Positions 58,158-64,000 of a stretch of DNA of 64,000 nucleotides are shown here, in pieces. How positions within the stretch are numbered: position 1 is the stretch's first letter; every line of letters begins with the position of its first letter. The stretch comes from a virus (Duplodnaviria; Caudoviricetes), in IMG/VR virus record IMGVR_UViG_3300005512_000009, positions 1 to 64,000 of that record, one strand, 5' to 3'. A program made the position numbers and the translations under genes. Below the pieces are notes generated by a model, which saw only the letters and a list, made by a program, of their open reading frames with translations, was not told the origin of the DNA and did no database searches.

Positions 58158-58604
58158 ATGGGGTTTAGAATAGAGTCTAGAGAGTCGTTTCGTAGAGATG
58201 ATTCGCCAATTGCAATTAAGACGCAATTTGCTAAAGACAAACTATTCACTCAATCATTTACTACAGATGATCAAGCAGTTTCTAATCTAAAGAATTTATT
58301 GCTAACACGTAAAGGCGAACGATACAATTTACCAACTTTTGGATCTAGTTTGCTAAACTTAATATTTGAACCAAATACAGATCAATTAGTTCAAGCAATA
58401 CAAGATACTATTAAAGAAGCAGTTTCATTTTGGTTACCATACATACAAATTACCAATATCGATGTTACGACTGGCCAAGGCAATGCAACATTAGTACATC
58501 AGGTTAATGTAACAGTATCGTTTCTAGTAAAACCTACAGGTTCTGAATTAACTATTGCTGTTTTTGCAAATGAAAATGGCGACTTCGAAGTAGCAGAGGG
58601 ATAA
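58158..58604 (+). CDS. Baseplate wedge subunit (gp25-like)
   Basis: NLKNLLLTRKGER..PTFGS..FEP. Confidence 0.85.
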   Translation: MGFRIESRESFRRDDSPIAIKTQFAKDKLFTQSFTTDDQAVSNLKNLLLTRKGERYNLPTFGSSLLNLIFEPNTDQLVQAIQDTIKEAVSFWLPYIQITNIDVTTGQGNATLVHQVNVTVSFLVKPTGSELTIAVFANENGDFEVAEG

Positions 58605-58605
58605 A

Positions 58606-60492
58606 ATGGCAACTGAAATTAAAAAAGACGTAACATATTTAGGAAAAGATTTTGGTCAATTCAGAAAAAATCTAATTGATTTTACCAAACAATATTTTCC
58701 AGATACCTATCGAGATTTTAACGAATCGTCGCCTGGAATGTTGTTTTTAGAATTAGCATCATATGTTGGTGATGTTTTATCATATTATACTGATACTAAT
58801 CTAAAAGAGTCATTTTTACAACATGCACAAGAAGAAGGTAATGTATTTGATATTGCTAGATCATTAGGATATAATGTAAAAGCTTCAACGCCAGGATATA
58901 CTAATATCGATGTATTTCAACTACTTCCGGCTTCGGGTTCTGGAGATGCAGTTGCCCCAGATTTTAGATATGCATTATCGATACGTACTGGGATGCAAAT
59001 AAAACAAGCATCAGGTGATGCTACTTTCAGAACATTAGACTCAATTGATTTTGGCTTTTCTTCATCATTTGACCCAACTGAAATTACAATATATGAAACT
59101 AATGATGCTACTAATGCACCAACATATTATTTAGCTAAGAAAACGGTACGTGCTGTATCTGGAACAGTAAGAACGTCGACCTTTACATTTAATGCACCTG
59201 TTGCATATGATAAAGTTGTATTGCCGGACACTAACGTTATTGACATAGTTTCGGTAGAAGAATCAGATGGAGATAATTGGTACCAAGTTCCTTATTTAGC
59301 TCAAGATACTGTTTTTGAAGAAGTTCCAAATTTAGCAGAAAATGATCCAGACTTAAATGTATATAGAGCGAGTGCTCCATATCTTTTAAAGATGAGAAAA
59401 TCTTCTAAAAGATTTGTTACTAGACTTAGACAAGACCGTTTAACAGAGCTTCAATTTGGTGCAGGTGTTTCTGATAATAATGATGAAGAAATTATTCCAA
59501 ACCCAGACAATGTAGGATCTGGTTTAGCTGGTTTTAGACGAAGTATTGATGTTGATATAGACCCATCAAACTTTTTATATACACGAGCATATGGACAAGC
59601 TCCTGCTAATACAACTCTTACAGTTACATATACAGTAGGAGGCGGATTTGCTGACAATGTAGAAGCAAATACATTAACATCAATTTCTTCAGTAAGTTAT
59701 GATGATGATCCAAATGCTGACATATCAGGTGGTGTATTGAATTTTGTTAAAAGTTCAATTGCAGCAAATAACCCAGAGCCAGCACGAGGAGCAAAGTCGA
59801 CGGATAACATTGAAGATATCAAAAATAATGCACTAGCTAATTTTGCAACACAAAACAGATTGGTAACAAGAGAAGATTATATTATTAGAGCATATTCTAT
59901 GCCAGCTCGTTTTGGTAGCATTGCAAAAGCATACATTGTTCCCGACGATCAAATCGCTCAAGACGATTTAGAAGAAAGACGAGTTTCAAATCCATTGGCA
60001 ATGAATCTTTATGTATTAGGATATGATGCAACTAAAAAGTTAGTTAATTTAAATGATGCTGTAAAAGAAAATTTAAAAACATATCTTGGAAATTATCGCA
60101 TATTAACAGATGCAGTTAACATAAAAAATGCATTCATTATCAATATTGGCATTAATTTTGAAATTAGTGCTAGAGCAAATTATAATAGTAATGATGTTCT
60201 ACTTCGTTGTGTTGATCGTCTAAAGCGTTATTTTGAAATTTCAAGATGGCAGATCAATCAACCAATAATTAAATCTGAAATATTGAATGCATTGGGCAAC
60301 GTTGATGGTGTTCAGTCAGTGTTAGATGTACAGTTTACTAATTTATATGACACAACCCAAAATTATTCTGGAAATATATACGATTTAAATACGGCAGAAA
60401 AGAATGGCGTTGTATATCCATCATTAGATCCTTCAATTTTTGAAGTTAAATTTCCAAACCAAGACATCAAAGGACGAATAGTATCTTACTAA
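58606..60492 (+). CDS. Baseplate wedge subunit (gp6/J-like)
   Basis: YLGKDF, DFNESSPG, YVGDVLSYY, LQFGAG, QNRLVTREDY. Confidence 0.85.
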   Translation: MATEIKKDVTYLGKDFGQFRKNLIDFTKQYFPDTYRDFNESSPGMLFLELASYVGDVLSYYTDTNLKESFLQHAQEEGNVFDIARSLGYNVKASTPGYTNIDVFQLLPASGSGDAVAPDFRYALSIRTGMQIKQASGDATFRTLDSIDFGFSSSFDPTEITIYETNDATNAPTYYLAKKTVRAVSGTVRTSTFTFNAPVAYDKVVLPDTNVIDIVSVEESDGDNWYQVPYLAQDTVFEEVPNLAENDPDLNVYRASAPYLLKMRKSSKRFVTRLRQDRLTELQFGAGVSDNNDEEIIPNPDNVGSGLAGFRRSIDVDIDPSNFLYTRAYGQAPANTTLTVTYTVGGGFADNVEANTLTSISSVSYDDDPNADISGGVLNFVKSSIAANNPEPARGAKSTDNIEDIKNNALANFATQNRLVTREDYIIRAYSMPARFGSIAKAYIVPDDQIAQDDLEERRVSNPLAMNLYVLGYDATKKLVNLNDAVKENLKTYLGNYRILTDAVNIKNAFIINIGINFEISARANYNSNDVLLRCVDRLKRYFEISRWQINQPIIKSEILNALGNVDGVQSVLDVQFTNLYDTTQNYSGNIYDLNTAEKNGVVYPSLDPSIFEVKFPNQDIKGRIVSY

Positions 60493-60529
60493 GGAATATT
60501 TATTATAAATAAACTAGTAAGGATAACTC

Positions 60530-61669
60530 ATGTTCAGAATATTTTACGCAGAAAAAGATGCTACATTATATGAATCGGTGCCGACACTTAATACTGGTAT
60601 CGATGAAATTCTTGAAGTAGGCAAACGCATTAATACTTCTGGAGATGCTTATGTACGAAGTAGGTCTCTTCTTAAGTTTGATATGTCTGAAATTCAATCG
60701 ACATTAACAAAATATTCTACAACTTTAGATGCATGTAAGTTTGTTTTACAACTATATACTTCTCATGCAAAAACACTTTCTTCAGAATATACAGTTGAAG
60801 CAAAAATTGCATATGATTCCTGGGTGAATGGCGTTGGTTTTGAAAATTCATCACCTTCCATTACCGATGGCGTATCGTGGCAATATCCTGCTTCAGGTTC
60901 ATCATGGACTACATCAGGTGATGTTACGCCATCTTTAAAAATTACCGGAAGCCAAGGTGGTAGCTGGATATATCAAAGTGGATCTGGATCATATGATTTA
61001 ACGCAATACGATCAAAGTTTTTATACGCAGCCGGGCTTAGAAGAACAAGAGTCATTTAGTTATCGTCCTACTGATATTAACATGGATGTAACAGATGCAG
61101 TTAAATTATGGATTAGCGGTAGTGCAGGAACAATAATTTCAAATAATGGATTCTTGCTTAAATTTTCTGATGCCGATGAAGCGTCTGGTGACACTACTGG
61201 GTATGTAAGATTCTTTAGTAGAGAAACTCATACTATATATGTTCCGAAGCTAACTATGTATTGGGATCAGTCAGCGTATTCTAGCACGTTAGACGCACTT
61301 GATTTAGAATCGAATATCATTTACCCAAAAATTAATAAATCGTATAAAGACACGGAAATAGCTCGTATACGCTTTTATGGACGTGATAAATATCCACAAA
61401 AATCAGCTACAAATTTATTTCCATTACAGACAGTTAAGCGCTTGCCAGAGACTACATATTATTCAGTTGTCGATGCTGCTACAGATGAAACAATAATTCC
61501 ATTTGACGATATTTATACTAAAGTGAGTTGTGATGATGTCAGCAACTTCATTTATTTAGATATGAATGGGTTGATGCCAGAGCGTTATTATCGCATAGCA
61601 TTAAAAATTGTTGATGGTTTCACAGAACAGTATATTGATAATGAATATTATTTTAAAGTAGTTAGATAA
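60530..61669 (+). CDS. Structural protein (DNRLRE-like)
   Basis: EKDATLYE, NTGIDEILE, RSLLKFD, FFSRETHTIY.P. Confidence 0.65.
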   Translation: MFRIFYAEKDATLYESVPTLNTGIDEILEVGKRINTSGDAYVRSRSLLKFDMSEIQSTLTKYSTTLDACKFVLQLYTSHAKTLSSEYTVEAKIAYDSWVNGVGFENSSPSITDGVSWQYPASGSSWTTSGDVTPSLKITGSQGGSWIYQSGSGSYDLTQYDQSFYTQPGLEEQESFSYRPTDINMDVTDAVKLWISGSAGTIISNNGFLLKFSDADEASGDTTGYVRFFSRETHTIYVPKLTMYWDQSAYSSTLDALDLESNIIYPKINKSYKDTEIARIRFYGRDKYPQKSATNLFPLQTVKRLPETTYYSVVDAATDETIIPFDDIYTKVSCDDVSNFIYLDMNGLMPERYYRIALKIVDGFTEQYIDNEYYFKVVR

Positions 61670-62634
61670 TGGCAAAACAACAAATATCGTATAGTCAGCC
61701 ACAACAATTAACGTTGAGTGATTCTGTTTTATCAGAAGCTTCTGCATTTGTTAGTGACGATGCAGTTCTAGAAATGCGTGAGCAAACTAGAGCTGAAATA
61801 TTACAGTCTACCTCATACGAACAATCCTTTCAACTAGCTAGCAGACAAGAGCAAATCATTTATGATCAAAAAGGATTAGACTATGCATCTAACTTACTAT
61901 TTGTGAATAAAAGAGATGCAGCAGGCAATTTAATTATTAATGGTACTGTACAAGAAGTTACTGATGAAGAAGCTGCACAATACAATGAAACGGTAATTGT
62001 TGAAGCTAATGATAGACTGTATACAAATCGTTCTGTTAATAGAGCGGTCGACACACAGTTTAAATATTTTAAATTTCCACCAACTATTATCTCAAGGCAA
62101 ACTGATATTGGCGAAATTGATGTTGAATTGCCAGAAAATGAATTAGATGTATTCAGCGCAAGATATACGCCAGATTTTGTAACACAGTGGTTTACAATGG
62201 CTCTAAGTTATCAAAAATTAGAATATAATAATGTTCTTCGAGGGCCGCAACAAAGTGATCCAGGAACTTATATGATTACTCCAGAATTAATCGAATCTGG
62301 TAAAAATCTTCGTATGAGATATGCAGTAGATGTACATAATTCTTATGCAGCAGATGCACTAAATAGCGATGGAACCCCGGCAAATGTTGGTTTCGCTGCA
62401 AGACTACAAAGAACATCGGCAGACTATCAACCAAGCTTAACAAATGCAGGAGTCACAGATTTTAAAATAGTTCCGCCACAAGGCTGGGATACACTGCGCG
62501 GAGAATATACAGTACTAAATAGTCAAATGAGACCGTGGGACAAATGGTATATTGAAGGTGAATGCGGTACTAGCACAAACGGCCGTTATGTAGCCGATAA
62601 GTCATATTGGGTAATTGAAGCGGTAGATCCGTAA
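61669..62634 (+). CDS. Putative structural protein
   Basis: ORF in operon. Confidence 0.55.
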   Translation: MAKQQISYSQPQQLTLSDSVLSEASAFVSDDAVLEMREQTRAEILQSTSYEQSFQLASRQEQIIYDQKGLDYASNLLFVNKRDAAGNLIINGTVQEVTDEEAAQYNETVIVEANDRLYTNRSVNRAVDTQFKYFKFPPTIISRQTDIGEIDVELPENELDVFSARYTPDFVTQWFTMALSYQKLEYNNVLRGPQQSDPGTYMITPELIESGKNLRMRYAVDVHNSYAADALNSDGTPANVGFAARLQRTSADYQPSLTNAGVTDFKIVPPQGWDTLRGEYTVLNSQMRPWDKWYIEGECGTSTNGRYVADKSYWVIEAVDP

Positions 62635-62645
62635 TTGGAATAAGT

Positions 62646-64000
62646 ATGTTATCACAATACAAAAATATCGATAAAATTCTTAGCTCAACAAAAGCTACGC
62701 AAGGGCAACGATTTTCAGACAAAGAAATTGAATTGTTGTCTTCACCGGCATTAAAATATGCTTGGAAAAATAACATATTAAAATCTAGTGCTAAAGATAA
62801 TGGAATTGAGTTTCATGTATATTCTGGCGATACTTGGATTACAGGAAATCATCGAATTGATTTACAGCCTAAAAATCAGACTACATATACTGACCCGGAG
62901 AGTAACGTTGATTATAGATTGCCAGCAGTACCATGGCAGATTAATCTATTCAATGAATTCAATAATCTGAATATTCAAAAAGGTGAATATAGAATCGCGG
63001 TAAATTTCTTTACCAACCTTATTGGGTCATATGAATCGCAAAAATTAAAAATAGATGAAATATCTCCAGATCGTACAGAATTACGATTACGAGCAATTGA
63101 TCCAGATGACTCAGAATTTTTAGAGCAGATTACAAATTACATACAAAGTGTTGGAAATGCTGTTACACGTTTAACTTCAACAGAATCATATCGTACACTG
63201 CTTGTTAATTTTAGCAGAAACCAAACTGCGTTGTTTACTAATAGTGTAGTAATTGGAGAATATGTTTATGTAAAATTGTATGAGCCATTAGCAGATGATA
63301 TTGAAAAAGATTTCAAATGTTGGATAGTTGAAGAACAACGTCCTACATATATTGATCGTGTTATATTAGAAACTTTCGGCTTAGGCATAACAGAGCCAAC
63401 TAGAAAATTAGCTGGACCGAATTGGGATGCATCCGATCGTGCTAGCACAAGCACAGACACAGGTTTAAAAAATTGGAATGACATATTAGGATCAAGCGTT
63501 TCAACATCACAGCAATTGGTTGATTCGATATTTTCTGGAAGTCTTTCGGGTATTGATTTGAATATTGATTATTCAGATTTTAATAACTTTGTATTTTATA
63601 GTTCGGCTACAGAACGAGTTAAGAATTTTAAATATAAAATCGGATTGATTGAATATTATGATTCGCAATTAAATACTTTAGGTTCTATATCAGGCAGTAC
63701 TGCTGTTACTAATATTCAAGAATTTACAAATCTTAAAAATGCATTGATTGGTGGATTTGATGAATTTGAAAAGTATCTTTATTTTGAATCATCATCAACA
63801 CCATTCACATATGATCTACCATTAGCAGATCCTAATGTTTCGTACCTTACGGGTAGTTATATTGATCCGTGGCCTAAGACAACAACATCTCGTCCGCATA
63901 CGTTGTATAGTAGCACATCAAGCATTGCACAAGAATGGTATTCAACCTTGTTAGACAACGCAGATATATATGATCGCGCGAATTATAATTCTTTGATTAA
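62646..64000 (+). CDS. Large structural protein (5' part; runs off window)
   Basis: Frame from MLSQYKN with DEISPDRTELRL and FVFYSSATERV; no stop seen before window end. Confidence 0.65.
   Translation, partial: MLSQYKNIDKILSSTKATQGQRFSDKEIELLSSPALKYAWKNNILKSSAKDNGIEFHVYSGDTWITGNHRIDLQPKNQTTYTDPESNVDYRLPAVPWQINLFNEFNNLNIQKGEYRIAVNFFTNLIGSYESQKLKIDEISPDRTELRLRAIDPDDSEFLEQITNYIQSVGNAVTRLTSTESYRTLLVNFSRNQTALFTNSVVIGEYVYVKLYEPLADDIEKDFKCWIVEEQRPTYIDRVILETFGLGITEPTRKLAGPNWDASDRASTSTDTGLKNWNDILGSSVSTSQQLVDSIFSGSLSGIDLNIDYSDFNNFVFYSSATERVKNFKYKIGLIEYYDSQLNTLGSISGSTAVTNIQEFTNLKNALIGGFDEFEKYLYFESSSTPFTYDLPLADPNVSYLTGSYIDPWPKTTTSRPHTLYSSTSSIAQEWYSTLLDNADIYDRANYNSLI

Overview
64-kb segment of a large AT-rich T4-like (myovirus/jumbo) bacteriophage. 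The host is most likely aquatic Bacteroidota: it carries DUF4294-, DUF4494- and Hc1-like genes and mostly SD-less, A-rich starts. Nearly all genes are on the + strand in the standard code. In order: (1) 0-8.5 kb sugar-nucleotide/glycosyltransferase locus that appears to make GDP-colitose (gmd, colD-type His enzyme, fcl/colC, GT11-GT10 fusion); (2) 8.6-12.6 kb lysis-type cassette (holin-like genes, YkuD-like hydrolase) running directly into a complete PAS histidine kinase/response regulator pair; (3) 13-21 kb late genes, many sharing an N-terminal MIKLKxLLxE-type leader; (4) MoxR ATPase, GIY-YIG nuclease, a leader-peptide/attenuator-like element, an 18-tRNA array, ArfA-like peptide, groEL and vWA protein; (5) 30-36.5 kb: 123-bp tandem duplication, lpxH-like remnant, ~213-nt structured non-coding element, iteron-like repeats, an island of six near-identical sigma70-type promoters with a phage sigma factor, and a G-run tract; (6) accessory genes (NucA, phosphoesterase, CAP, Hsp20, UvsE, HD); (7) late sigma-like gene and baseplate genes (gp5-, gp25-, gp6-like). 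Three distinct promoter classes are readable from the sequence. Family assignments come from motif recognition only; no database search was run.
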